Source: Lepidodermella squamata
Lineage: Eukaryota > Animalia > Gastrotricha
Assembly (NCBI GenBank): GCA_047495785.1
Contig: JBLDXI010000028.1
Coordinates: 1,550,001-1,614,000 of the forward strand
Length of the DNA stretch: 64,000 nt
Direction: 5' to 3'
In this document: in pieces, positions 23,191 through 33,968 of the stretch
Position numbering within the stretch: position 1 is the stretch's first letter
Layout of the letters: each line of letters starts with the position of its first letter
The notes under the pieces: generated by a model
Told to the model about the DNA's origin: nothing
Database searches by the model: none
What the model saw: the letters and a program-made list of their open reading frames with translations, nothing else
Made by a program: the position numbers and the translations under genes

Positions 23191-24168
23191 TGAATAGGCA
23201 AATATCGCTAAGGTTTCTCAATATCCTATGGAAGGCGCGAAAATTCACAATTATATAAGGCCCCAGAGGAGGTTGTTTCAGTGGAGGAAGTCGTGCAGCT
23301 AGTCCCACCTTACGCGACTTATCGAATCTTTTGTCGCATTACGCTTCATCATTTGAATCTAATACTCTAACATTTAACAGTTCCCCATCATTACGTTAAA
23401 CCGACAAGTACGAAAGAATGAAAACACTGTAGTGAAATCTGACCTACGAAAGGGCAGGACAACAACGCTTGGTAACTAAGGCTCAAACTAGCTGTAAACA
23501 ATGCATTTAGCATTGCAGACGAAAGTGCGAAGTATTTGGATTGGCGTTCGATAGGTTACTAAAGTGGTCAAGAAGTCCTCTAAAATCTATTCCGCCGGGA
23601 CATCTTCGAGGATGAAAAAAGGAAATTTCAAATGTAGGGAAATTTCCCATTATTTGAGTCGCATTATTATTCGCAGCAAAAAACTTAGACATGCATAGTG
23701 GGATTATAGGCTTCTCCTGGGGCAATATTAGCGTTTGTCTTATGTGTAATTACGAAGCGAAACGAGCATCGCCTGTGGTTACATAGGTACTGCTGTTTTT
23801 TTCAGGAGGTCACGCAAATCAAGTCGTGACTTGTACATCAGAAGCTGAATATGACCGCCCGCCCACAAAGTTCCAGATAGAATTTGAGAACGCAATTTTA
23901 GCGAGTTAGATTTTGATGTGTGTGGTACTGACTGGTACTGACACTCATGCGCATACCCAAATTGCTGATTTATGCAAGTTGCCTTGCGATATTACACCTT
24001 GAAACCTCGGCATAAATAGGCGAATAAAATTGCTCACTCTGGGATTCTGTAGGTAAGCAGAGTTCAAGTCCCAGATTTATTACGATACGAGTTGGATTTA
24101 TTTCTAAATCCAAAGCTATTTATAATAGTGGAATGTTTGGCAAACAATAACGATTAATTACAAGCGGT

Positions 24169-24823
24169 CAGTGTGCGAAGTAGGATTTTCGAGCTGGTGT
24201 GTTCCTAATATTGAGCAACACAAAAATCGCCATTATTTCCATTTATCGGCCTTCGGCCCTGAAAATTATCTTACAAGCTCGAAATCCAAAAATTGAGAAA
24301 GACAAATTCAATTTCAGTATCAATCAATTCAAGATGCTAATAAGCAATGCTGACAGGATTGAGAAATTATTACCAGTGATTACCAGTAATTTAGGCCACA
24401 CATACGAGCGAAGCGGGCAATTTTTTTTAAATTCATCCCGAAGGAGGGTCTGAAATCTCAAAAAAAATGGCAAGGCAATTATATAAATGAGATGATGTGG
24501 AGCATTGTTCAAAAAATGGTTTCTATGCTAGCAGGGTCGATATTCGAACCTTGAATTAACCACCGTTGCATAATCTCCTATACAACCTTAAACCCGAAGG
24601 CGAGCGCAGCGAGCTTTAGCTGACGATATTTTTTGCGATATTAGTGTCAGGAATAGCCGGAAAATGCTTAAAAACTCGGCATCCATCGTCATCACAATGG
24701 GTGTTTTCTAATTACTTCGGTTCTATAATGGATTTCACAACTCAAATTAAATTTTGAAATTTTCTCCCGCCAGACCGAGCTGGGGTGTCGCGACACCCCA
24801 GCACCCCTGTACTTCGCACCCTG
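24169..24823. mobile_element. Non-autonomous hAT-type DNA transposon (MITE), 655 bp
   Basis: 8-bp target-site duplication CAAGCGGT at 24161-24168 and 24824-24831. 14-bp TIRs CAGTGTGCGAAGTA / TACTTCGCACCCTG (1 mismatch). Subterminal 24-bp palindrome at 24779-24802; no transposase ORF. Confidence 0.85.
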
Positions 24824-25419
24824 CAAGCGGTTTTGATTCGTTTAAAACTTCTAATTATATCAAGTAATTATGATCGTATGAGGGATGTGATTGTACAACA
24901 GAAAGCTCCCTGTCGAAGGACCGTTAGCTAGCATTTCTCAGTTCTCGCATCGCTAATCGTTAGGGAATACTGCTATCGTAGCACCATAAAGAAAGCAAAC
25001 ATTAAGGGTTAGAACTGGCTTTATTTTCCCGTTGAGTACTCACTTTCACTCTTCAGCTTCAAGACTTCATAAAGAAGTGACGCAAACTATCAATAATAAA
25101 TTATTCACAATCACATATTGCGAGTCCTTTGGCGACAAAAACGCATACTTCAAAGGAGAAATTCTTTTTTAGCTACCATGGAAGCAACTATGAGAATGTG
25201 AAATGTTCCTCGTGCCCCAAAGGAGAATAGTGACGCACTTTACGGCCGGATATTTTTGAAACAATAACTAAACTGAAACTTATAAAAAGCATTCAGCAGC
25301 ACGAATCATGCGACGCCATTCAATCAGAATATGTAATCAGATACTTAATCAAATTTTTACTAATTAAGGTGGAGAATAATATTATCGACCCTTTACTAAA
25401 AGCATCATTTCTCCGAGAG

Positions 25420-26556
25420 CTACCAATCATAGGGATAACGTGAGACAACCATAGCATAAATGTTGATAATAGTGAAAATGATCAGCATAATATTGAAGAC
25501 AATGAAATCAATGAATTCGACCAAAGTGAACGAAAATTTACATATGCTTATTTTCTTCTCTTTTTTCTCGCCCAATAGCCGTGAGACGAGAACGATTATC
25601 ATGCAATGAAAGCAGATTAGCCATCCCCACAGAGCACACGCATCGGTGTAGTTAGCCATGAATATTCTCTTCGGCTTATCGGGAATGTCGTCCAGAATCA
25701 AACCTTGCACCAAGGTTAAGGCAATTAGAACTGAAACACAGTAAATACCGCGATCAGCACTTTCCTCCGGGGGGACGCAGAACATGGCTAGAAGAAGGAG
25801 GGACAGAAGAAAAGAAGGAGCCATTAAATTTGATATGAAAAACTCTGGGCTTCTTCGGAATTTATATGAGTATATCGCGTAGCTCCGCTGATCGTCATCC
25901 TCGTCCAAAATGCCAACTTTTGCCTCCTTGAAATCCCAACCATCGCCCATGCTTATGAACCCATCGCGAACCTTATAATTGACAGTTCCGAAGCCAGTTG
26001 AAAGATCATTACTTTCGATCGAGAAAATCAAGCCACATTCTTGTTTGTCAAATGGGTAATAGGTAAGATCTAGCGCGCAAGATGACTCGAACACACCGAA
26101 GATCTGATAGAAAAAATGTAGGCGGCTGCCATTCTGCACTTCGACCCAGAATCTTCGCGCGAACGAATCGCCTGTCATTCCGAAAAGCTCTTTCGCATTT
26201 GAGTGGAATATTTCAGGTTGCCAGAATACATTTGGATCTATGTAGAAAGTTGTCCCCTCTGCTTTTGAATAGCCCTGGCAGTTGACAGTCCAATCAAGTA
26301 GAATTGACCCGGAAACATGAAGACTTTCTTCCTTATCCTTGATTTCGTAAAATTCGTCCAGTTTAAGATACAAATTGATGATAGTCTTGTAGCATTGCTG
26401 CCCACTTGAGTTGGATGAAACTATACCTTCAGGGCAGTTAGGAGCATACGATTCCTGACTGACCTGCGGACAAATTGAAAGCAACTCATCCGCCCTATCA
26501 GTGGCTCCACCTAAAACGGGTGAGATCAGTGCTAAAAGAATTGCGTGGAGCCGCAT
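25420..26556 (-). CDS. Divergent intronless Cys-loop LGIC subunit (recent paralogue of 19683-20819)
   Basis: Cys-loop CALDLTYYPFDKQEC; loop C ILDEDDDQRS; long identical stretches with the 19683 gene; first ATG 26556. Confidence 0.93.
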   Translation of the reverse strand: MRLHAILLALISPVLGGATDRADELLSICPQVSQESYAPNCPEGIVSSNSSGQQCYKTIINLYLKLDEFYEIKDKEESLHVSGSILLDWTVNCQGYSKAEGTTFYIDPNVFWQPEIFHSNAKELFGMTGDSFARRFWVEVQNGSRLHFFYQIFGVFESSCALDLTYYPFDKQECGLIFSIESNDLSTGFGTVNYKVRDGFISMGDGWDFKEAKVGILDEDDDQRSYAIYSYKFRRSPEFFISNLMAPSFLLSLLLLAMFCVPPEESADRGIYCVSVLIALTLVQGLILDDIPDKPKRIFMANYTDACALWGWLICFHCMIIVLVSRLLGEKKEKKISICKFSFTLVEFIDFIVFNIMLIIFTIINIYAMVVSRYPYDW

Positions 26557-26800
26557 TTTTCGATTTGAAAACACAGGTCTGAATGACCCTCCACTCTACA
26601 CCAAAGGCTAAGCAAACAATGTATAATTCTAGAAAAAATGCTTTATGAACTCCTGTTTGCAGAGCGGCAGCGAGCTTACCAGTGCAAACAAAGTTCGCGT
26701 TAATTTGAGGGGAAAAAACTCAAATTTTCCAGCACAAATAGCTTTACTGCAGAAAATCTACACTGCGAACACGCAATATGGAAGAATACAACGGGCCAAT

Positions 26801-27931
26801 TTACCAGTTATATGTCAATCTAGATATAACCATAGCATACACGTTGATTATAATAAAAGCTGTCAATATGACTAGAAATGCGACAAAGTCTATAAATCTC
26901 ACTGCGACCATTTTGAAGCAACCAAATTTCATCTCCTTGCCCATACGACTCTCCCATCTTTCTGCGATGAATGCTATTATCAAGCTGTACATATTGCAAG
27001 ACCATGACAGATATAGACATGCATCAGAGTAGTTTGCAACAAAAATTCGCTGCGGCTTATCAGGAACGTCGTCCAATATCAAACCTTGAACCAGGGTTAG
27101 CGCAATAACCACGGAGACTGAAAAGAGGGACCGATCCGCTTGTTCTGGCGGCAGGCCGAACTTGGCGAGTTGTAGTAAGGTGAGAAGGAATGATGGTATC
27201 ATGAGGCTATCGACGTAAAAGTTGGGCAGCCGGCGAAATTTGAAGTTATAAGCCGCAAAACTTATCTGATCATCGGTTTCATCAACCAAGCCGATTTTCG
27301 ACTCTTTATACTCCCAAGCATCGCCTTGACCCACGAAGTCGTCATCAGCTTTGTACGTAATTGCCCCAAAAGCTGTAGATAGATCATTGCTTTCAAGAGA
27401 GAAAACTAATCCGCAATCTTGAATGTCGAACGGGTAGTAGGTGAGGTCAAGATCGCAGGATGACTCGAAAGCGCCGAAAATTTGATAGTAGAAATGAACT
27501 GTGCTCCCATTTTCAATCTTGATCCAAAAGCGGCGAGCGAATGCGTCGCCATTCATGCCGTAAACTTTCAAAGCATTCGCGTGATGGATTTTCGGCCGCC
27601 AAAAGACTTCGCCATCCACGTTAAATGTCACCCCGTCTCTATTACTGTATTCGGGGCATTGAATAGCCCAGTCTGCTACGATTGAGCCAGTAACCTGAAG
27701 CGTTTCTTCCTTGTCTCTAATCTCGTGGAATTCATCGAGTCTCAGTTGAAGATTTACAAGAGTCTGCTTACATGGTGGATCAGTCGCTACGTTCGGCAGT
27801 GTTCCTTCAGGACAAGAAGGGGAGTAGGATTCTTTGTTCAAGTCAGGGCATTTCGCTAAAAGTACATCTGCTCTGCTTGTAAAGCTCGATTCGACAAAAA
27901 GAGCAGTCAGGAGAAAGCATTGAGTTAGCAT
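26801..27931 (-). CDS. Divergent intronless Cys-loop LGIC subunit (acidic loop-C subfamily)
   Basis: Cys-loop CDLDLTYYPFDIQDC; loop C LVDETDDQIS; M2 ADRSLFSVSVVIAL. Confidence 0.93.
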   Translation of the reverse strand: MLTQCFLLTALFVESSFTSRADVLLAKCPDLNKESYSPSCPEGTLPNVATDPPCKQTLVNLQLRLDEFHEIRDKEETLQVTGSIVADWAIQCPEYSNRDGVTFNVDGEVFWRPKIHHANALKVYGMNGDAFARRFWIKIENGSTVHFYYQIFGAFESSCDLDLTYYPFDIQDCGLVFSLESNDLSTAFGAITYKADDDFVGQGDAWEYKESKIGLVDETDDQISFAAYNFKFRRLPNFYVDSLMIPSFLLTLLQLAKFGLPPEQADRSLFSVSVVIALTLVQGLILDDVPDKPQRIFVANYSDACLYLSWSCNMYSLIIAFIAERWESRMGKEMKFGCFKMVAVRFIDFVAFLVILTAFIIINVYAMVISRLTYNW

Positions 27932-27970
27932 TACGATTTCCCAACGGCAAAATAGCCGAACCTCGCTCGT

Positions 27971-27980
27971 ATTTTATATA
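27971..27980 (-). promoter_or_regulatory. Candidate TATA box for the 26801-27931 gene
   Basis: TATATAAAAT on the minus strand about 40 bp upstream of the ATG; motif match only. Confidence 0.3.
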
Positions 27981-28321
27981 CACGAATAACAAAAAGGCAT
28001 GTCTCTCGCATTATAATGGTTGCTTAGCAGCTCAAGAGCTAACATACGAGAATATCGAATTGATTCTGATTTGTTGATGTAGTGATCTGATTAATAAATC
28101 ATATAATCTATAATTGACGCCCTTTCCCACGGGTAATCAATTGCTTTCGACCTTTTATTGCCAGTTTCTAGACTGCTAACGCCCAGGTCCCAAACGTGCA
28201 CGAAACATTCAACTTGGTGAAAATGTAGTTTTCGAGAAGATAATTTATTGTTCCTGGGACCGGCTCGAAGGGAGCTGTCTTGTAATCAAGTGTGAGGCCA
28301 TAGGTCAGGCCTGGTCGCATT

Positions 28322-29476
28322 CTAAATATAGCCTTGGCCGGAAGCTATGCTTAGCGCATACAAATTTATACAAACGTAAAGCAATGCTAGGTTTGTCAAG
28401 ACTGTAAAATCGATAAACCTTCGAAGGCTCAATGCGACACCAAGGCCAAATTTGATCGGCTGCTTGAAATACATCCGCCACGATCTTGTATACCAACAAC
28501 TGACCATGCAATATATGGTGCACAGCCATGACAGCAGAGCACTGAGGTCGGTGTAGTTGCTGATGAAAATTCGGGTTGGTTTCGCTGGGACACCGGCTAA
28601 AATTTGGCCTTGGACAAAAACCAGAGCTAGAAGAATCGTAACTGCGAACATTGGCCGATCAGGTAAGGCAGGACTCATTAAAACGCATAGAATTTCCAGT
28701 AGGGATAACAGGCAGGAGGGTAGCATCAAATTGTAAACGTAGTACGAGGGATTTCGTCGAAAAACCATGCTAAAAACAGCAACTCCCCTGTGGCCGTCCA
28801 AGTCTACATGGTCGCGACTTGAAGATGCATTTGTTAAGCTCCACCCACTTCCGAGTGTCAAAAAATCTGGTGATACGTCGATGAATACGCTCTGAAAGTC
28901 TACGGCCGATGACAAACTTTGGATAAGAAATCGAATATCGCATAGTTGCTCGTCGAATGGATAGAAAGATAGGTCCATATTGCAGTTCGAGGTGAAGATG
29001 CCGTAGTGCTGCCAAGCAAATTTAATTTCACTTCCGAGAATCCGAACAAAGAACCTTGAGGTCAAACCATCGCCGTCCAAGCCAACATTTTCGACGCCAT
29101 TGATTTGATTAACCAATGGCTTCCAATAAAGCTGATCATCTGGGTAGAAGCGGACTTCATCTTGCTGATAGTATGAGTGGCAGTTAACTCGCCAGCTGAA
29201 TCGTAAAACGCCAGATAAGCTGAATGATTCTTCTTTATCGTTGAGCTCGTAGAACTCGTCGACCTGAAGCCGAAGATCGACGTTCGTACTACAACACGCC
29301 GATTTATTCGGAGGATCCAGGAACATCTTCCCTTCCGGACATGTTGGGCTGTAAGATTCCTTTGAAAAGAAGCTACAATTGTTGAGAAGCTCGTTGCTTT
29401 TAACTTCAAACTGTGAGGCCTCGAACATTGGATAGGCGACAGACATCCAAAATGCTGTCCATCTCAATGCGGTCAT
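28322..29476 (-). CDS. Divergent intronless Cys-loop LGIC subunit
   Basis: Cys-loop CNMDLSFYPFDEQLC; YWKPLVNQIN; M2 PDRPMFAVTILLAL. Confidence 0.93.
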   Translation of the reverse strand: MTALRWTAFWMSVAYPMFEASQFEVKSNELLNNCSFFSKESYSPTCPEGKMFLDPPNKSACCSTNVDLRLQVDEFYELNDKEESFSLSGVLRFSWRVNCHSYYQQDEVRFYPDDQLYWKPLVNQINGVENVGLDGDGLTSRFFVRILGSEIKFAWQHYGIFTSNCNMDLSFYPFDEQLCDIRFLIQSLSSAVDFQSVFIDVSPDFLTLGSGWSLTNASSSRDHVDLDGHRGVAVFSMVFRRNPSYYVYNLMLPSCLLSLLEILCVLMSPALPDRPMFAVTILLALVFVQGQILAGVPAKPTRIFISNYTDLSALLSWLCTIYCMVSCWYTRSWRMYFKQPIKFGLGVALSLRRFIDFTVLTNLALLYVCINLYALSIASGQGYI

Positions 29477-29995
29477 GTTTTATGATTATTTTGTTTTTGA
29501 TAAAATTTCGTAAAAGGCAGAACAAATGAGGCCGAGCCCGCTATTGCGGTCATAGCTTGAATGCATTTATTAGATAAATATTTCACGCCTTGTTGAATCT
29601 TGACAACTAATGATTGCTCTCAATCACGTGTCCACAATTCGCCGTGCACGTATGGTCTTTGAGGTCATTTTCAGATTGCTCTATCATCCTATGTCTCACA
29701 TTATAACGGACTAGTTGATTGCCTGCATAGGAAAAACATAAATAATTAAGGTTTATTAATAGGCTTTTCATAGCATTTTTAGCTTCAGATTCGCAGTAAT
29801 GCTATTTGTCGGTTACCAAGCCTTGATTGAGGTTATTGATGTTGAGACCACTGAAGTCGCATCAGTCGTCATCAGAAATTTCAGCTTAATTTACGTAGGC
29901 TGAAATGTCGGTGCATCTCCAGAATAACGACTAATTTCTTATTAGGAGACTGTTATCATAGCGTTTATTTGCTCATTCAGTTGACAAAGCAATGT

Positions 29996-31174
29996 TTAAG
30001 TTAGCAAAACATAGCCCTCGTGTCGCGCTGTATCAACGGCGTATCCAATAATAGCGAGGAAAAGCAGAAGAGTCACTGAAAACGACACAATGTCAATACT
30101 GCGACCTCTTTTCAACCAGTTGGGCCAGAAGCCGCGGCGTCCGGGCCCGTTGAACCATTCAGCCTTGTCTCGCGCTATCGCACAGGTCACCACAGTGTAT
30201 ATTGTACAAGCCCACGACAGAAGAGTACAAAAATCCGTATAATTCATCAGAAATATTCGATATGGCTTCGGGGGGACGCGGCTGATCACAGAAGACTGAA
30301 GAACAGTCAAAGCTAGAAGAATCGTCACTGAAATCATCGGTCTGTCAGGAATTGCTGCCGGCATTGCGTATAGGAAGAGCTGTAAACTCGATAAGATACT
30401 CGCAGGGATCATCAAAGCATATACATAGAGTTGCGGTTTTCTTTGGAATTTAATCGTGAAATAAGCCATACTTCGATTGCCTTCAATGTCGATCTCAGTG
30501 AGATTCTCGGAAATGTCAACAAAAGTCCACCAATGGCCGTCTGTTAAGAATTCTTCAGGGAAGTGTTTATCGGCAGGTCTAGTGAAGTAGAGCTCAACAG
30601 CCCTGGAGTTTTCTAAAATCGTAAAATCGATTGTACAAGTTTGAGAGTCGAAAGGGAAGGCTTGGAAGTCCATGGAACATGTTGACTCGAATAGACCGAA
30701 CCTTTGCCATAAGAACTGAAGTCGGCGGTCGGGTACTAAGTAGCTCATGTAGAATCTTGTAGCGTACCCATCGCCGTTCATCCCACGATTATCGACTGAG
30801 TTGTGGTGATTCAGAGTAGGGCGCCATACGCTGCCGTCATCGGGAATATTGAATGAGAATTCGTCGTTGTAGCCGGTTTTATGGTATGTCGGGCAGTTCA
30901 CATACCAGTAAATCTTCACGGAGCCAGATAGAACTAAAACCTCACGTAAATCATCGATTTCATGAAATTTTTCGGGTCTGAATCGAATGTCGCAGTAGGT
31001 CTTCTCGCAAACACCATTGAATGGGTCGAAATGCGTCCTCCCGTCGATGCAAGTAGGTGAGTAAACTTCGCCGTGAACCTTCGAGCAGTTAGCCAACAGT
31101 TCATCAGCGCTTTCGCCAGAGATGCTCACCTGAAAGATGCTTACCAGCTCGATTAGTATCACGCCGAGGTTCAT
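29996..31174 (-). CDS. Divergent intronless Cys-loop LGIC subunit
   Basis: Cys-loop CSMDFQAFPFDSQTC; VWRPTLNHHN; M2 PDRPMISVTILLAL. Confidence 0.93.
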   Translation of the reverse strand: MNLGVILIELVSIFQVSISGESADELLANCSKVHGEVYSPTCIDGRTHFDPFNGVCEKTYCDIRFRPEKFHEIDDLREVLVLSGSVKIYWYVNCPTYHKTGYNDEFSFNIPDDGSVWRPTLNHHNSVDNRGMNGDGYATRFYMSYLVPDRRLQFLWQRFGLFESTCSMDFQAFPFDSQTCTIDFTILENSRAVELYFTRPADKHFPEEFLTDGHWWTFVDISENLTEIDIEGNRSMAYFTIKFQRKPQLYVYALMIPASILSSLQLFLYAMPAAIPDRPMISVTILLALTVLQSSVISRVPPKPYRIFLMNYTDFCTLLSWACTIYTVVTCAIARDKAEWFNGPGRRGFWPNWLKRGRSIDIVSFSVTLLLFLAIIGYAVDTARHEGYVLLT

Positions 31175-31295
31175 ATTTCATTTTTTATTGCTTTAATAAC
31201 AATATAAACAGAGTCTTGGGTATTTTTCTAAGAGACACTCCTTAAATATTGACAGAGGTAATTATTTGCTGAAATTGATTAGACAATCAGCTCCA

Positions 31296-32492
31296 TTATT
31301 GATCTGCCGATAAGACAAATCCAATCGCGTATAGGTGGATACCAATGAACCCGGCTATCGAGATTGAACAAGCTACTGAGTCTATTATTCTCGCCTTCGT
31401 GACATTCAAGGCCTTGCAAAATCTGATTTCATTATAGAACCAGGTTTTCCACGCCCTACACACGCCACAAGATGCAAGGCCATAAACCGCGCAAATCCAC
31501 GAAAAAATCGCGCACAAGTCGGTATAGTTATTCAGAAAAGACCTGTCAGGCTTAGCTGGGATTCTATCCATTATCTGCGCTTGAAATACAGTTTCTGCTA
31601 ACAAAATCGTTAACATGAAAGCAGGGCGGTCGGGTTGAATTGGGTCCAGCATGAAGGCCGCAATTTCTAGAGCAGCCAACATACCACAGGGTATCATAAG
31701 ATGAGTAATGTAGTAAGATGGGTTCCGATAGAAAATCAGTGAGAACACAACAAAACTTCGATATTCTGTGTTTGGTCTGTAATCCACTCTGGTCTCCCAC
31801 TTTTTCAGAAACCAAGTCGTGTCCAAATTAGAAGCCCAGCCTTCCATGTTCACGCTCCACTTCGAGCTGTTGTATCTTACCACGTGATTAGCAGTTTCAA
31901 CATTGAATTGCAAGGTACAATTCGCTGAGTCGTATGGGAACGCAGTGAAACTCATGTCGCACAGCGTATGGTAAAGTCCGTACATATTCAAGTTGAAAAC
32001 CAAGGTCTTTTTAGTTTCAAAAGTTATATAAAATCGGCGAAAAAAGCCTTCCAGCATTCCAAAATCTGATATTGTATTGGTATGCGTGACATAAGGTGTC
32101 CAAAAGTCCTCTTCGTTCACATTAATCAGCGATGCACTGAAACCAGGCTTCAAGTCAGGGCATACAACTTCCCATGATACTGAAAAAGAGCCTGAGATAG
32201 CCATCGATTCGTCCAGGTCACTAATGTCGTGAAAATATCGAGGTAGGAATTGGGCTCTCAGCTCTGTTGCGTTGCAATTCTTTGATCGAGGACAATCTGG
32301 GGCGTACCATTGAGGTGACAATTTAGGACACGCCTGTAAAAGTTCGGCACTCAACGCAGTCCTCAGTTTTGAAACTGGAACTTGATTAGCCAAGTAATCA
32401 TCCATTTTCTCATTAATCTTTGAATCGGAAGTCGTGGGTACTGAAATACTAACAGGAAGGCCGAAGAGCATAAAATAGAACATCAGCTCCAT
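31296..32492 (-). CDS. Divergent intronless Cys-loop LGIC subunit (M2 Glu11' subfamily)
   Basis: Cys-loop CDMSFTAFPYDSANC; FWTPYVTHTN; M2 PDRPAFMLTILLAETVF. Confidence 0.93.
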   Translation of the reverse strand: MELMFYFMLFGLPVSISVPTTSDSKINEKMDDYLANQVPVSKLRTALSAELLQACPKLSPQWYAPDCPRSKNCNATELRAQFLPRYFHDISDLDESMAISGSFSVSWEVVCPDLKPGFSASLINVNEEDFWTPYVTHTNTISDFGMLEGFFRRFYITFETKKTLVFNLNMYGLYHTLCDMSFTAFPYDSANCTLQFNVETANHVVRYNSSKWSVNMEGWASNLDTTWFLKKWETRVDYRPNTEYRSFVVFSLIFYRNPSYYITHLMIPCGMLAALEIAAFMLDPIQPDRPAFMLTILLAETVFQAQIMDRIPAKPDRSFLNNYTDLCAIFSWICAVYGLASCGVCRAWKTWFYNEIRFCKALNVTKARIIDSVACSISIAGFIGIHLYAIGFVLSADQ

Positions 32493-32560
32493 GTCTGAAT
32501 ATAATTTCTATATCCAATGACGTTCAAAACTGTTTTGTTTAACTTTCATCAATGCTCAGT

Positions 32561-33706
32561 TTATTTTTTAGCTGCATTCGCAACGGAAATCGCGTAGACA
32601 TTGATTATAAGGAATAAGGCAAATGCGAGACTTGCTACAGCAAAGTCAATAATTCGAATTATTGAAATTACCAAACCGGTTTTACCGATCTTAGTTTCGC
32701 TGTAAAATCGATCTCGCCAAGCTGCACACACTCCGCTAGCCACAAGTCCATAGACAGTACAAAACCATGAGAAAAGAACGCAAAAATCAGTGTAATTGCT
32801 TAGGAAAATTCTATCCGGTTTTACAGGGACTACAGTCATAATCTGAGATTGAAAAACAGTCTGAGCCAGTAGGGCACTCATCATGAAGCTCGGTCTATCA
32901 GCTGAGATGGGATCCAGCATAAAGCCCATCAACTCCAGAGCCGCTAGAAAGACGCAAGGTGCCATTACATGAGACACATAGTAGTCAGGATTTCGTTGAA
33001 AATGTAACAGGAAAACAGCACTGCTCCGACTTGAAGTATTCCCAGTCGTCCAATTTGACCAGGAGCTGATTTCCCAATCTTCTTTTATCTCTTTCGCCCA
33101 TTTATCAACCTCCAACCAGTGAGCCTCGTTGATAAAAACAGAATCAGCATTTTCTTGGATTGTAAACATCAACGAACAGTTCGCTTGATCAAATGGGAAG
33201 TAACTAAAATCCATGTCGCACTTGGAGAAGAAGGAGCCGTGGAATTTCAGGTTGAACTCGATGTTATCTGGCGACTTCGTCTTCGAAAAGATTCTTCTAA
33301 CGAAACCCTCTGCTAATCCAAAATGAGAAAGAGTGTTAGCATGATGAAAATTGGGCTCCCAGAAGTCTCCGTCTCGCAAATTGATAATGAAATTATTCTC
33401 AGGTTGCGTGTAATTCGGACATTGAATAATCCACTTGATAGCTAGAACACCTGCAATAGTGAAGGCCTCTCTAAGATCATTGATGTCGTGGAACAACTTT
33501 GGAGTGAATTCCATCGACAAGGTTGTTGGGTTGCACCGTTTTCTATCGTTTCTATTCTGGCAATCAGGAGCGTATGATTCGGGTGAAAGTTTTTGACATT
33601 TTTCTAGCAACTCCATGGCTCTTTTGGTCTTCAAAACGTCCATTGGGTCAGCCCCCGCTCTCGGAAATATTGCCGAAAAAATTAACACAATTTTTACCGT
33701 GAGCAT
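32561..33706 (-). CDS. Divergent intronless Cys-loop LGIC subunit
   Basis: Cys-loop CDMDFSYFPFDQANC; FWEPNFHHAN; M2 ADRPSFMMSALLAQTVF. Confidence 0.93.
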   Translation of the reverse strand: MLTVKIVLIFSAIFPRAGADPMDVLKTKRAMELLEKCQKLSPESYAPDCQNRNDRKRCNPTTLSMEFTPKLFHDINDLREAFTIAGVLAIKWIIQCPNYTQPENNFIINLRDGDFWEPNFHHANTLSHFGLAEGFVRRIFSKTKSPDNIEFNLKFHGSFFSKCDMDFSYFPFDQANCSLMFTIQENADSVFINEAHWLEVDKWAKEIKEDWEISSWSNWTTGNTSSRSSAVFLLHFQRNPDYYVSHVMAPCVFLAALELMGFMLDPISADRPSFMMSALLAQTVFQSQIMTVVPVKPDRIFLSNYTDFCVLFSWFCTVYGLVASGVCAAWRDRFYSETKIGKTGLVISIIRIIDFAVASLAFALFLIINVYAISVANAAKK

Positions 33707-33968
33707 ACCAAGAATCTTTTGAAGGATGTCTCAACCTAGAAGCAAGCTTACATCTACCACTCAAACGGATGTTCAAGATGCACATGATGGAAGAGAAATG
33801 TTTACTTACCATTACGAACTTTCACGTGTGATTCGTGGAATACTTCGAGATGGCATCATGCTCTCGCTTCTTCAACTCAACTCAAGTGGAATCCAATAAA
33901 TAATAATTGCAAAATAAAGCGTAAACGCAAGGACAAGCAAGCATTTTCACTGAATATTGATATGGATG

